Of a stretch of DNA of 64,000 nucleotides, positions 25,354-39,429 are shown in pieces. How positions within the stretch are numbered: the first letter of the stretch is position 1; each line of letters starts with the position of its first letter. The position numbers were made by a program, and so were the translations under genes. Source of the DNA: Tubiluchus corallicola (taxonomy: Eukaryota; Animalia; Priapulida). Under the pieces are notes generated by a model, which was given only the letters and a program-made list of their open reading frames with translations, had not been told where the DNA came from and did not search any database. The stretch covers positions 1 to 64,000 of the forward strand of contig JAQGDQ010000944.1 of NCBI GenBank assembly GCA_030141605.1, in the 5' to 3' direction.

Positions 25354-25953
25354 ATTAACTACAAATGCATAACAGTAAAACGCACTACCAAAATAATTCG
25401 CTTATATAAAACTGTCGATGATCATGACACACACATTACAGGCAATGCAAATATTTGTTCCTACCAGTGGCAGCCATAGTAAGTTAAATTTAGTAGGTGT
25501 GTTGCTATTACAGTGGGTGCCGTTTATTAAACTCACAGTAATGTAGAATCAATCGCCTAATTGTCTCAAAAACATCTAGTACGGGCCGTTCCTATGCAAA
25601 AAAGTATATCAAACTGTCTGCAATTGACTCAAATAACCCTGCATAGATGATCCTATATTTTTATACGTAGAGATATACACGTGGTTACACTGATGTACGT
25701 GATGTAAACAAAGTGATGGCCTGCCAACTAGCGGTCAGCTCGCAAAACAAGGGATTTTGCCCGTCTTGGCAGACCGAGAGTGTGAGTGTAGTTGTAGTAG
25801 ACTAACTCAAGTACAGACAGTACAGACAGCACAGACAGTACAGACAGTACAGACAGCACAGACAGTACAGACAGTTGTAGTAGACTAACTCAAGTACAGA
25901 CAGTTTGTTTTCTGTATTTTACAAAAGTATAAACACCATATTGATTATTTCAT

Positions 25954-26327
25954 CTATTTTGTTGGTAGCAAATCTCTGCAGATTAGACCGTCACCTTTCT
26001 TCTTATCCAGCCATTTGCCACAGGGAAAAATGGTAGTGTGCCCATCTACTTTATTAGTAACTTCAACGCGTTCACACAACCAACCAGCCCCGAAACCGGC
26101 ATTATCGTGCTCCAGTCTTAACTTAGTCAAGTCGCCTAAATCCAGGGCTTCGATTTGAAACGTATCAACTTGGTTTCGCTCAAACAAATCCCGGAATCTT
26201 TGCTTTAGGGGGCGCTTTCCTGTGTCTCCGTTAGAGCCAAACAGCGTTACGGACACATTAGCATCTGTACCCGCACCTTTCTCGTCCGCCGTGATAACTA
26301 CGACTTCGTATGTAACCGGTTCAAGTT
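25954..26327 (-). CDS. LOXHD1: LOXHD1-like, terminal exon (complete PLAT domain)
   Basis: [51 protein letters not shown]...[21 protein letters not shown], closely resembling the LOXHD1 C-terminus; acceptor tttcag, phase 1. Confidence 0.9.
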
Positions 26328-26579
26328 CTGAAAGCGAATCAATAAAATCAGTCGAAAAGAAATAAATAAAAACACAAATTTATCAAACTTTGTTGATGTT
26401 TTGATTTGAAAATTCTTTAATGTATCTTTGATAATAACATTTGTCAATATTATTAAACTTTTTGTGTCTTTGCTGGATAATTTTCGTTTATTCAAACAGC
26501 TGAAATGGATCAAATAGAAAAGTTGTATCAAATAAATACAAAACATCCATTGTTGACAAGTTACATGCAGAATGTGTGA

Positions 26580-27250
26580 CTTTACGAACAATAAACACCC
26601 ATTGTTGACTTGCAAACAATAAATACTCATTGTTGACTCATGAACAACAAACACCCGTTGTTGACTTATGAACAATAAACACCCGTTGTTGACTTATGAA
26701 CAATAAACACCCATTGTTGACTTATGAACAATAAACACCCATTGTTGACTTATGAACAATAAACACCCATTGTTGACTTACAAACAATAAATACTCATTG
26801 TTGACTTATGAACAACAAACACCCGTTGTTGACTTATGAACAATAAACACCCATTGTTGACTTATGAACAATAAACACCCATTGTTGACTTATGAACAAT
26901 AAACACCCATTGTTGACTTATGAACAATAAACACCCATTGTTGACTTACAAACAATAAACACTCATTGTTGACTTATGAACAATAAACACCCGTTGTTGA
27001 CTTACGAACAATAAACACCCATTGTTGACTTACGAACAATAAACACCCATTGTTGACTTACGAACAATAAACACCCATTGTTGACTTACGAACAATAAAC
27101 ACCCATGGTTGACAAGTTACATGAAGAATATGTGACTGCACGAACAATAAACACCCATTGTTGACTTATGAACAATAAACACCCATTGTTGATTTACGAA
27201 CAATAAACACCCATTGTTGACTTATTAACAATAAACACCTACTGTTGACA
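26580..27250. repeat. 28-bp intronic minisatellite (~23 copies)
   Basis: GAACAATAAACACCCATTGTTGACTTAT repeated. Confidence 0.95.
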
Positions 27251-27289
27251 TGAAAAAAGCATGACTTTTAAATTATTCATAAAAAGCAC

Positions 27290-27396
27290 CTCTTATTGTC
27301 GAAACTCTGCCCTTTTCTATATCACAGCATTCTAATTTCACATAATCTTTCTTTCTTTCACTCAAATTGATCCAACTTTTGCAAGGGAACAAAAAT
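27290..27396 (-). CDS. LOXHD1: LOXHD1-like exon (FLFPCKSWINLSERKKDYVKLECCDIEKGRVSTIR)
   Basis: AG/GT bounded, 107 nt, phase 2 in and phase 1 out, matching neighbours; PLAT FPCxxW motif. Confidence 0.8.
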
Positions 27397-27617
27397 CTAC
27401 AAAAAAAACGCACCAATAAGATTATAAATTAAGCACAAAATACAAATAAAACAATAAAATATAGTAGGTAAGAAAGAAACGTATCCAAAACCTATTTTGA
27501 GATACGTTAAACATTAGTTCACATTGGCACTAATGACTAATCGGCATTAACGATTATCACCAATTAAAGCTACAATAATAGATATAAAAAACTAAATAAA
27601 CAAGCAAATATTTACAG

Positions 27618-27843
27618 AAACAAAATAAAAACAAACAAATTATATACATATATATATACTATATATATATATACGTCCCAATTTTATATATATATATGTC
27701 TTTTATATAATATATAATATATATATATATATAAGTCCAAATTTTTTATATATATATATATATATATGTCTTTTATATAATATATATAATATATATATAT
27801 ACTATATATATATATAAACTATATATATATATATTATATAAAA

Positions 27844-27881
<38 letters not shown>

Positions 27882-27904
27882 ATTGGTTTGTTTTTATTTT
27901 GTTT
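27618..27904. repeat. (TA)-rich foldback
   Basis: AAACAAAATAAAAACAAACAAATTATATACA at left is mirrored by TGTATATAATTGGTTTGTTTTTATTTTGTTT at right. Confidence 0.7.
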
Positions 27905-28310
27905 ATATATGTATATATATATATATAAACTTTATTTATTTTAAGTGGATTGACATACAGTAATGTTTACTGATCGGAGTTTTTCCACTGTGTAACAAAT
28001 ACATTTTAGTTGAGAACAGAAATATGCAACTGGTTATCAAGAAGATAGTTAGTTCAAGTTACAGTTTATTTCCACTGAGAGAATGTAAATACCGAGGTGA
28101 ATCTAAAACGATTCATTAATTCTATTCAAAGTCATAATTTCATAATCCATTAGAATAGTTATTCAGGTAAAGGTTCCAAAATTGTTATTAAAATGGCTGA
28201 AGTAATTATGAAAGATAGCAAATGTATGGAAACCCAAAATGAATCATTCATTTCTGATTTTATTTGCAAATATTTTTAGTGGGGAAGAAATTCCTGCATA
28301 TTTTTAATAA

Positions 28311-28799
28311 GCTTTTTCACAGTTGCAGTGATTGATGATGATCGTGAAAAGGTCAAAGGTTAAATGTACCGGACAACGCATTTGCGTACGCTTGACAATG
28401 CCTCACAGCCCAAGCTATTGTAATAGTAACAGTTTTAATAGCTAGAATCTTACCTAGTTCATTTTTTCTTGTTCCTAAGCAAGATCCTGCTAGTAAATCA
28501 CTCTGTGCACAGACTAATGCATAATTAACTAAAATCACATAAAACAACTGCTGTGACTGAACTGATACGACAGACGGCTTTGCTTTACCCACACTTCACG
28601 TGACAGTTGTAGTTAAGATGCATTGCTGTGGTACACTTAACGTTTGACCTACAACAACTGCAGTTACCGAGCTGATGCAGCAGTCAGCTTTGCTTTATCC
28701 ACATGCCAGTGACAGTTGTATTTAAGACATGTTGCTGCGGTACACTTAACCTTTGACCTACAGCAACTGCACGTGCGCAAAACGAAATTGTGCAAAGGT
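28311..28799. mobile_element. TIR MITE family D
   Basis: GCTTTTTCACAGTT...AATTGTGCAAAGGT; internal inverted GGTCAAAGGTTAA(A/G)TGTACC. Confidence 0.6.
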
Positions 28800-28963
28800 T
28801 TATTCGCTTCACTCTTTTTACTATAATGCCTAACACGGGTTGCTATCTGCTCTATCAGTGAGTCAGTCAGTACCCACTTTACTTTATGTATCATAAGTGT
28901 CTTTTAGATAGCTAAAAACTATTTAAAATACAGAAACCAGTACCCTGGTAAACTATTACGTAC

Positions 28964-29119
28964 ACGTGTCCAGTAATTGTGTCAACAATTCTAACTTCCT
29001 CACAGTGCCATTTTGCTCGGACGTTGCCCATATCCCTGTCTCGGCCGCGGTGACCAAGACGTAGAAACTCCAACTCACCCAAATCTGGCAGCGTGAAAGT
29101 GAACGTGTCCGTTTGTCCT
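28964..29119 (-). CDS. LOXHD1: LOXHD1-like exon (GQTDTFTFTLPDLGELEFLRLGH...WHCEEVRIVDTITGH)
   Basis: PLAT motif; 156 nt, phase 2/2, donor GTACGT. Confidence 0.85.
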
Positions 29120-29996
29120 CTAAATACAATCAGCACAGATATAAATGCTATTGCTGCCAAGGCTCTCACCTTGTAACTCAAAGGTTCCTGGTTCAAAAGC
29201 AAGTTATGCCATTTGTTTTTTACGTATCTTTTCTATTAATCAACTTTGTTTTCAAAAATATAATAATCCTGTCAGCAACTTGATATTCTCAAGTTGTCAA
29301 GGAAATGTTTAAAAAATACTAAACATCTAATTTTATAACCCTTTACCCACTTTCCGGGCAAGAAATTAGAACTGCAATTGTAAGGAACTTGTATTTTCAA
29401 ACTCTGATAATAGTTCGTGAAAGCAGTTATTTTGCTTCAAGTTTTTTCTGTTGCCAAGGTTTGATCTTCTTCACGAAGAGCCATCTACTGGATTTAAACA
29501 TAACTATAATGTGTTCTTGCAAAGTCCATAGCAACCAACATTTGTACGGTTGCTAAGTGTTTTCTAGAAACGCGACAAAAAACAATGGCTAACTTTAACA
29601 GTAATTTTCTCAAGATTATGTTTTTCAGTGCGCAGCCTGCACCTGAACTTCAACGTGGATTATCTCAGCTTAGAAATAACACAGAGTGATGAACTTGGTA
29701 TCAAAATGATCCTCATGAAATGGAGATTCAGGATATGTGAATAACTGGAAAAACTTAATTGCCAACTTATGGACGATTTTGCCTGGCAAGCACTCATATA
29801 GGAAATAAAAACATTCAGTCTGCTGCATTCTCTCTAACACATTTTTACAAGCAAAAAATAAAATCAACTTTCATTTTTGTTCTCGACAAATCCGGAGTTT
29901 TTCATCGTTAATTAAATATTGAAATTAAAATCGCAAATGGTCATATAATTAACTTCAAAATTGATTTACTAATGACAACTATGTAGTTGTGTACAA

Positions 29997-31023
29997 TTAA
30001 TAATCCCAGGTAATACACATTAATCCCATGTAATACACATTAATCGCAGCTAGTATACATTAATCCCAGGTAATACACATTAATCCCAGGTAATACACAT
30101 TAATCCCAGGTATACACATTAATCCCATGTAATACACATTAATCCCATGTAATACACATTAATGCCAGGTAATACACATTAATCCCAGATAATACACATT
30201 AATCCCAGGTAATACACATTAATCCCATGTAATACACATTAATGCCAGGTAATACACTTTAATCCCATGTAATACACATTAATGCCAGGCAATACACATT
30301 AATCCCATGTAATACACATTAATGCCAGGTAATACACATTAATGCCAGGTAATACACATTAATCCCAGGTAATACACATTAATCCCTGGTAATACACATT
30401 AATCCCAGGTAATACACATTAATCCCAGCTAATACACATTAATCCCAGGTAATACACATTAATCCCAGGTAATACACATTAAACCCAGGTAATACACATT
30501 AATCCCAGGTAATACACATTAATCCCAGGTAATACACATTAATCCCAGGTAATACACATTAATCCCAGGTAATACACATTAATCCTAGATAATACACATT
30601 AATCCCAGCTAATACACATTAATCCCAGCTAATACACATTAATCCCAGGTAATACACATTAATCCCAGCTAATACACATTAATCTCAGCTAATACACATT
30701 AATCCCAGGTAACACACATTAATCCCAGGTAATACACATTAATCCCAGGTAATACACATTAATCCCAGGTAATACACATTAATCCCAGGTAATACACATT
30801 AATCCCAGGTAATACACATTAATCCCAGCTAATACACATTAATCCCAGGTAATACACATTAATCCCAGCTAATACACATTAATCTCAGCTAATACACATT
30901 AATCCCAGGTAATACACATTAATCAGAGGTAATACACATTAATTACAGGTAATACACATTAATCACAGGTAATACACATTAATCCCAGGTAATACACATT
31001 AATCCCAGGTAATACACATTAAT
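29997..31023. repeat. 20-bp minisatellite (~51 copies)
   Basis: ATTAATCCCAGGTAATACAC repeated. Confidence 0.95.
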
Positions 31024-31091
31024 ACTTGAGTAGCCATTTCTCTCATTTCACTCAGTAAAAAAATGAAAAATTATTTCAACAGATATTATAC

Positions 31092-31227
31092 CTCCTTAAT
31101 ATCTTTTCTCTTGCTGAGTTTTCTAATACAACCTCAGCAGCATCCTTTGTGCCCTCTAATAGCATCCACACATTATGCACTGTTTCCGCATCTTTTTTGT
31201 CTGAGGTTACCACGGTTACTTCGTACA
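31092..31227 (-). CDS. LOXHD1: LOXHD1-like exon (VYEVTVVTSDKKDAETVHNVWMLLEG...KILR)
   Basis: PLAT N-terminal half; 136 nt, phase 1/2. Confidence 0.85.
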
Positions 31228-31458
31228 CTAGAACAAATATCATACACATTTCATACACTCACAGTTATGGAACAGTGATAGTAAAATACTAAGAAATGAA
31301 TTTTATAGTTAAAAATAACACAACTTTATTAAACTTTTACACTAAAAAGTTAAAGTAGTGCCAAACGTTTCAACAGGCTGCTGGTTACAGGCATTTTAAC
31401 CGCCTGTAATAAAAATTGAAACGAATTTTATGTTTTATTGCAAGTATAATGTATTTAA

Positions 31459-31732
31459 AGCAAAACTGGTCCCAATCTGAAACTGCAGGTTAAAACAATC
31501 TACTGTTTAAAATATTGAAAGGAAACATACTATTTTTTAGCAAATTATCAAGAATTACTACCACACAAACACAATTTCGTGTCCCGCACCTTAAATTTCA
31601 ATTCAGAGGTGGTAAAATTTTTAATTTATGCGTTATAGGCAGTTCTTTGTAAAAAATTCTTTGTTAAATTTTTCTAAATTTAAGTGATAACACTAAAATA
31701 AACCCAAAATACTGAGTGAGTTGTTCTTTCCT
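31459..31732 (+). mobile_element. Family A Kolobok-like short derivative
   Basis: ttaa|AGCAAAACTGG...CTTTCCT|ttaa. Confidence 0.55.
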
Positions 31733-32241
31733 TTAAAATATCAAAGAAAAATAGCTGGCGACTGCACGCTGCTGCCATCTGTCAGTCGCAAATGTAATAA
31801 ATTGGAGACAAAGGCAGAAATAAGCAGTGGCTACATAAACTGCTACTTAACTGCACATATTTACTTGATACTTTGAATACCTCAAAGAAAAATAGCTGGT
31901 GACTGCACGCTGCTGCCATCTGTCAGTCGCAAATGTAACAAATAGGAGACAAAGGCAGAAATAAGCCGTGACTGCTACTTAACTGCACAGATTTACTTGA
32001 ATACTTATTTGGTTGCAAAATGTAACGAATCCAGACGAAATTAACAAAACATTCTGAAACTTGTGCAAGTTACAACATAATTAGACAGATTTACAAATTA
32101 CAACCTAATCATACAAACTGAATGTGTGATTAATGTACTGATTATTTACACAAATATCTCTCTATTTCAAGTTGTTTTTTTCTTTCTTATGTGCAAAGGT
32201 CCTTGACAGATAATTACATAAATGTTCTGTATGTAGTTACG

Positions 32242-33640
32242 TATCTTTCTTACTGTCATGTGGTAGAGTGGTACTACACGTCAGCTCTCTCACTAGTTAC
32301 TCATCACCTACCTTTCTTACTGTCATGTGGTAGAGTGGTACTACACGTCAGCTCTCTCATTAGTTACTCATCACCTACCTTTCTTACCACCATGTGGTAG
32401 AGTGGTACTACACATCAGCTCTCTCACTAGTTACTCATCACCTACCTTTCTTACTGTCATGTGGTAGAGTGGTACTACACGTCAGCTCTCTCACTAGTAG
32501 CTTCTCACCTACCTTTCTTACCGCCATGTGGTAGACTGGTACTACACGTCAGCTCTCTCACTAGTTACTCATCACCTACCTTTCTTACTGTCATGTGGTA
32601 GAGTGGTACTACACGTCAGCTCTCTCACTAGTAGCTCCTCACCTACCTTTCTTACCGCCATGTGGTAGACTGGTACTACACGTCAGCTCTCTCACTAGTT
32701 ACTCATCACCTACCTTTCTTACTGTCATGTGGTAGAGTGGTACTACACGTCAGCTCTCTCACTAGTTACTCATCACCTACCTTTCTTACTGTCATGTGCT
32801 AGAGTGGTACTACACATCAGCTCTCTCACTAGTTACTCATCACCTACCTTTGTTACTGTCATGTGGTAGAGTAGTACTACACGTCAGCTCTCTCACTAGT
32901 TACTCATCACCTACCTTTCTTACTGTCATGTGGTAGAGTGGTACTACACGTCAGCTCTCTCACTAGTTACTCATCACCTACCTTTCTTACTGTCATGTGG
33001 TAGAGTGGTACTACACGTCAGCTCTCTCACTAGTTACTCATCACCTACCTTTCTTACTGCCATGTGGTAGAGTGGTACTACACGTCAGCTCTCTCACTAG
33101 TTACTCATCACCTACCTTTCTTACTGTCATGTGGTAGAGTGGTACTACATGTCAGTTCTCTCACTAGTTGCTCATCACCTACCTTTCTTACTGTCATGTG
33201 ATAGAGTGGTACTACACGTCAGCTGTCTCACTAGTTACTCATCACCTACCTTTCTTACCGCCATGTGTGGTGGTTGTGTGTTTGTTTTTTTTTTGTGTGT
33301 GGTGGTTGTGTTTTGTTTTTTTTTTGTGTGTGGTGGTTGTGTTTTGTTTTTTTTTTGTGTGTGGTGGTTGTGTTTTGTTTTTTTGTTGTGGTTGTGTTTT
33401 TTTTTTTTTTGTGTGGTGGTACGTCAGCTTCACTAGTTACTCATCACCTACCTTTCTTACTGCCATGGTAGACTGGTACTACACGTCAGCTCTCTCACTA
33501 GTTACTCATCACCTACCTTTCTTACTGTCATGTGGTAGAGTGGTACTACACGTCAGCTCTCTCACTAGTTACTCATCACCTACCTTTCTTACCGCCATGT
33601 GGTAGACTGGTAATACACGTCAGCTCTCTCACTAGTTGCT
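32242..33640. repeat. 67-bp tandem array (~19 copies) copied from a LOXHD1 exon 3' end plus its splice donor
   Basis: Minus-strand unit ...CTAGTGAGAGAGCTGACGTGTAGTACCACTCTACCACATGACAGTAAGAAAG|GTAGGTGATGAG; GT-rich interruption at 33265-33420. Confidence 0.95.
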
Positions 33641-33748
33641 TATCGTCGTGTGTTCTAGACAGCCACTGATTACATGGAAACTTGTACTTGCGTCCCGTAG
33701 CTTCATCTTCAATTTCCACACTTTCCAAATGCCAGGAAGAACCCAGAC
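33584..33748 (-). CDS. LOXHD1: LOXHD1-like exon (GLGSSWHLESVEIEDEATGRKYKFPCNQWLSRTHDDKQLVRELTCITSLPHGGKK)
   Basis: PLAT C-terminal half; 165 nt, phase 1/1. Confidence 0.88.
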
Positions 33749-34924
33749 CTATCAAAATGTATCAAATTGAAAAAAGTGTTCCACTTATCGTGTTATTGAA
33801 AACTGTTGTAATATCAACCAGAAGCCACTTTTAACTCGTTCAGGACTGCATCATTCAAAAGAGGTCTTATAAAACCCAGGACTTTTCTGCTGCTGTATGA
33901 GCACAGACATAACTAAATGATTACAAAGAGGGAGCTGTTCTTCTAAGGAGAATCTCGGCTATCCAATCATGCTGTTTCTTCAAACATTCATAAGTGAATT
34001 AATTGAATAAAAGTATCTGCTGTACAGCTAACAGATCATTCAATAACAAATTAAAGTCGTTAGAACTTTTAACAGAAATTGCTCCTTAAAAATAGAGTAG
34101 ACTTGAGGCTAAAGTTTATTAGAGTGTTGTGACTGGATAGTTGAAATTTTCTACATTAGCTGATTTCACACAAGTGACACTGTACATTGTTACAGTGCAA
34201 ACACTGCAGTTAGTGAAAACTTTCTTTTTATTTTTTCGTCAAAAATTGATTTTGAATTTGTCTAAGGTAAGCAAATGCATTTCATATGTAATTTTGCATA
34301 AAAGCATAAATTTTCCACTGTGTGAGGAATAGAAACCTACAAAAATGATCAACTATAACGTAATCGCTGCTTAGTGAGAGCAGTTTTTCATGAACTCGTG
34401 CAAAATGTAGCAAACTTTTACTGTCCTGAAGGAGTTAAACTAAACAATGAAAACTGTACTGACGCTAAGCCACGGTATGGACACTAAGTAAAAAAATCCA
34501 TAAAAATAAACCACTGTCGAAAAAAAGCCAAAAACTGACAATTTTCAAACCGCTGAATGTTATAGTTGGAAAGAAAACACTGTAAGATGCCAATGAATTC
34601 CACATAAAAGAGTTCTGAGGAAATCTCCTAGGACAGTCGGTTTAATGTGAACCATATTCATTGATGCATGGACTGCAGATTAAAATGAAGTGCATGAAAT
34701 TCTGATTTGATGTTGCCTTCGAGTGTGATAGTATCTCCGATGACGAGGTCTGGTAATTAAGTTGTTATTAAACTGTGATGTTTCTCCATATTATTGTGTT
34801 CATAAGAGTGTCAAGGTTAGTTGTTCAAGACAATGAACTGATGACTAATTAACAAAATCCTGTTGTTTCATACAGTTTCTTGCATTAACGAAATAAGAAA
34901 TGCCAAATGCAAAGAATAACAGAA

Positions 34925-36680
34925 AGCTGATATGAAGCTGATTCTGGAGCAGACATGAAGCTGATCGTGGAGCAGATAAGAAGCTGATTCTGGAGCTGAC
35001 ATGAAGCTGATCGTGGAGCAGATAAGAAGCTGATTCTGGAGCTGACATGAAGCTGATCGTGGAGCAGATAAGAAGCTGATTCTGGAGCTGACATGAAGCT
35101 GATCGTGGAGCAGATAAGAAGCTGATTCTGGAGCTGACATGAAGCTGATCGTGGACAGATAAGAAGCTGATTGTGAAGCAGATATGAAGCTGATTGTGGA
35201 GCAGATATGAAGCTGATTGTGGAGCAGATATGAAGCTGATTGTGGAGCAGATATGAAGCTGATTGTGGAGCAGATATGAAGCTGATTGTGGAGCAGATAT
35301 GGAGCTGATTGTGGAGCAGATATGTAGCNNNNNNNNNNNNNNNNNNNNNNNNNNNNNNNNNNNNNNNNNNNNNNNNNNNNNNNNNNNNNNNNNNNNNNNN
35401 NNNNNNNNNNNNNNNNNNNNNNNNNNNNNNNNNNNNNNNNNNNNNNNNNNNNNNNNNNNNNNNNNNNNNNNNNNNNNNNNNNNNNNNNNNNNNNNNNNNN
35501 NNNNNNNNNNNNNNNNNNNNNNNNNNNNNNNNNNNNNNNNNNNNNNNNNNNNNNNNNNNNNNNNNNNNNNNNNNNNNNNNNNNNNNNNNNNNNNNNNNNN
35601 NNNNNNNNNNNNNNNNNNNNNNNNNNNNNNNNNNNNNNNNNNNNNNNNNNNNNNNNNNNNNNNNNNNNNNNNNNNNNNNNNNNGTGGAGCAGATATGAAG
35701 CTGATTGTGGAGCAGATATGAAGCTGATCATGAAGCAGATATGAAGCTGATTGTGGAGCAAACATGAAGCTGATTATGGAGAAGATATGAAGCTGATTCT
35801 GGAGCAGATATGAAGCTGATCGTGGAGCAGATATGAAGCTGATCATGGAGCAGATATGAAGCTGATTGTGGAGCAGATATGAAGCTGATTGTGGAGCAGA
35901 TATGAAGCTGATTGTGGAGCAGATATGAAGCTGATTGTGGAGCAGATATGAAGCTGATTGTGGAGCAGATATGAAGCTGATTGTGGAGCAGATATGAAGC
36001 TGATTGTGGAGCAGATATGAAGCTGGTTGTGGAGCAGATATGAAGCTGATTGTGGAGCAGATATGAAGCTGATCATGAAGCAGATATGAAGCTGATTGTG
36101 GAGCAAACATGAAGCTGATTATGGAGAAGATATGAAGCTGATTCTGGAGCAGATATGAAGCTGATCGTGGAGCTGATTATGAAGCTGATTGTGGAGCAGA
36201 TATGAAGCTGATTCTGGAGCAGATATGAAGCTGATCGTGGAGCTGGTTATGGAGCAGATATGAAGCTGATTGCAGAGCAGGTATGAAGCTGATTGTGAGC
36301 AGATATGAAGCTGATTGTGGAGCAGATATGAAGCTGATTGTGGAGCAGATATGAAGCTGATTGTGGAACAGATATGAAGCTGATCATGGAGCAGATATGA
36401 AGCTGATCATGAAGCAGATATGAAGCTGATTGTGGAGCAGATATGAAGCTGATTGTGGAGCAGATATGAAGCTGGTTGTGGAGCAGATAAGAAGCTGATT
36501 GTGGAGCAGATATGAAGCTGATTGTGGAGCAGATATGAAGCTGGTTGTGGAGCAGATATGAAGCTGATTGTGGAGCAGATATGAAGCTGATTGTGGAGCA
36601 GATATGAAGCTGATTGTGGAGCAGATATGAAGCTGATTGTGGAGCAGATAAGAAGCTGATTGTGGAGCAAATATGTAGCT
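34925..36680. repeat. ~23-bp minisatellite spanning an assembly gap (N at 35329-35683)
   Basis: GAAGCTGATTGTGGAGCAGATAT on both sides of the gap. Confidence 0.95.
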
Positions 36681-36764
36681 ATATAAAGTTTAGCTAGATT
36701 CGACTGTTAATTACTTGCTATATTTAGTTACTAATGACAACAGTAACGTAGTAAAAACAGTTAC

Positions 36765-36995
36765 CTGTGTTATCATGCCAAATTCTTAGTTTTGTTAGTT
36801 CACCTAGGCTAAGCATGTTTGGAAAATGAAAGACATCCTCTTGACCTCTTTCAAACTTGTCTCTGTGCGTGTCGGATTCATGGAGATACAACTCACCGGA
36901 GTCACCAAAGCTTCCAAATAGAATGACATAGACATTAGCATCAGTACCGGCACTACGCTGATCTGCGGTTTTCACTCTTATAGTGTAAGTTGTAC
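36765..36995 (-). CDS. LOXHD1: LOXHD1-like exon ([34 protein letters not shown]...LRIWHDNT)
   Basis: Classic PLAT motif; 231 nt, phase 1/1. Confidence 0.9.
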
Positions 36996-37184
36996 CTACG
37001 GGAAAGTAAAATGGTTACAGAGTGGAGATTAAAGTCAACAAAGTAACATTCTGGGCAAGAGTAATAGTAATAGTAAGTAAAATTGTAGTGAATAGTAGTA
37101 AAATAATAGTAATATAACAAATTAAACTGTGAAATTTCAGGGTTTTTTTTGCCGTATTTAAATTCAAATGTGGAGCAAAAATTC

Positions 37185-38190
37185 ATAAAAAAGTAAACGA
37201 GGTAACGTAAAAAAGTAAACGAGGTAATGTAAAAAAGGGAATGAGATAATGTAAAAAAGTAAACAATATAACGTAGAAAAGTAAATGAGATAACGTAGAA
37301 AGTAAATGACGTAACGTAAAAAAGTAAATGAGATAACGTAAAAAAGTAAACAATATAACGTAAAAAAGTAAATGAGATAACGTAGAAAAGTAAATAAGAT
37401 AATGTAAAAAAGTAAATGAGATAACGTAAAAAAGTAAATGAGATAATGTAAAAAAGTAAATGAGATAACGTAGAAAAGTAAATGTAAATGAAAAATTGGA
37501 TAAGTTTACCATTCCCCACACAATTTAAATACCCTAACCCTAACCCTAACCCAACCCGAATCCTAAACCTAACCCAACCCCAACCCAAATGTTAACTCTC
37601 ACTAACTCAACCCTAACCCTAATCCTAACCCTAACCCTAATCCCAACCATTACCCAAACCTAATCCCAACCATTACCCAACCCTAATCCCAACCATTACC
37701 CAACCCTAATCCCAACCATTACCCAACCCTAATCCCAACCATTACCCAACCCTAATCCCAACCATTACCCAACCCTAATCCCAACCATTACCCAACCATT
37801 ACCCAAACCTAATCCCAACCATTACCCAACCCTAATCCCAACCCTAACCAAACACTAACCCTAACCCTAATCCCAACCATTACCCAACCCTAATCCCAAC
37901 CATTACCCAACCCTAATCCCAACCATTACCCAACCCTAATCCCAACCATTACCCAACCCTAATCCCAACCCTAACCCAACACCCCTAACCCTGACGCTAA
38001 ACCAACGCTAATCCCTAACTATAATACCAACCCTAACTGTAACCCTAACACCGACCCTAACCCTAACTCAATGTCGACCCTAATCCTAACTCAATGCCGA
38101 CCCTAATCCTAACTCTAACTCTAAACCTAACCCTAATCCTAATCTGCTTCACAAACTAATTTCTTGTGTAGGGGAATTGTAAACTTTAAC
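37185..38190. repeat. AAAAGTAAATGAGATAACGT array followed by a degenerate CCCTAA/CCCAACCATTA array
   Basis: Read directly; flanked by inverted GTTTACCATTCCCCACACAA / TTGTGTAGGGGAATTGTAAAC. Confidence 0.8.
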
Positions 38191-38265
38191 TCAAGCAATT
38201 TCCAGTACAAAAAAGTACAAAAACGTTTCTACTCATGTTAAATTACTTATTAAAGGTGATCTTAC

Positions 38266-38386
38266 TTTTCAAAGAAGTTTTTCCCATCACGTTGGCTGGT
38301 ACGTCTCGAATTCTCTTATCTGCTGAAAACCAGTCTGAACAATTGAACGTTGTCTCATCTCCAGTTGCCAGGTTTAGCATCTCAAT
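38266..38386 (-). CDS. LOXHD1: LOXHD1-like exon (IEMLNLATGDETTFNCSDWFSADKRIRDVPANVMGKTSLK)
   Basis: 121 nt, phase 0/1, donor GTAAGA. Confidence 0.85.
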
Positions 38387-38406
38387 CTAAAATTAGTCGA
38401 TGATAA

Positions 38407-38775
38407 GCCTTTTTGCAGTTCCAGCGATTGGTGATGATCGTGCAAAGGTCAAAGGTTAAGTGTACCAGACAACGCATTTGTGTACACTTGACAAAGCCTC
38501 CCAGCCCAAGCTATTGTAATGTAGTAACAGTTTTAACAGCTAGGTAGAATCTTACCTAGTTCATTTTTTCTCGTTCCCAAGTAAGATCCTGCTAGTAAAT
38601 CATTCTATGCGCTGACGAATGCATAGTTAAGTAGAGTCAGTAGTGAAACAAGTGAAGTTACTGAACTGACTCAGCAGACGGCATTGCTTTACCCACATGT
38701 CACGTGATGGTTGTAGTTAAGACACATTGCTATGGTACACTTAACCTTTGACCTGCAGCAACTGCTCGTGCGCAG
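38407..38775. mobile_element. TIR MITE family D, right end replaced by (GT)n
   Basis: Colinear with the 28311 copy. Confidence 0.6.
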
Positions 38776-38784
38776 TAATATATA

Positions 38785-39105
<321 letters not shown>

Positions 39106-39195
39106 CATATTTAAAATCTTGTATGTATTATAAGTGCAAATAACATTAATTAAAATATCTAAAAAACAAATAAGATTAGATAAAAAACAACCTAC

Positions 39196-39282
39196 CGATT
39201 CCAAAAACCAATCAGGTCGGCTGCCCTTCCCACTTAATGCAATTCTAATCTTAGTAAGTGGAGCAACGTCATCGAATTCCAT
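39196..39282 (-). CDS. LOXHD1: LOXHD1-like exon (MEFDDVAPLTKIRIALSGKGSRPDWFLES)
   Basis: 87 nt, phase 0/0, AG/GTAGGT. Confidence 0.85.
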
Positions 39283-39429
39283 CTATAAATAAACAAAAAC
39301 ATCCAGTCAGACTTATTAGCAATTTATTTGTACACAAATAACCAAATGCAAAAATATCACTTTTACATGGACTTCAGTTAAAGCATTGTAAATGGTTGTG
39401 CCATGACTTAAGTTAGTTCATTATCGAGG

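Noticed and set aside
35329-35683. ORFs spanning the N run
   Set aside because: Assembly gap inside a minisatellite.
20551-36680. Regular 20-31-bp repeats superficially like CRISPR arrays
   Set aside because: Head-to-tail units with no unique spacers, no cas genes, and an animal genomic context.
37530-38145. Telomere or chromosome-fusion relic
   Set aside because: Degenerate CCCTAA variants within an intron, bounded by inverted flanks; more like a TE-internal tract.
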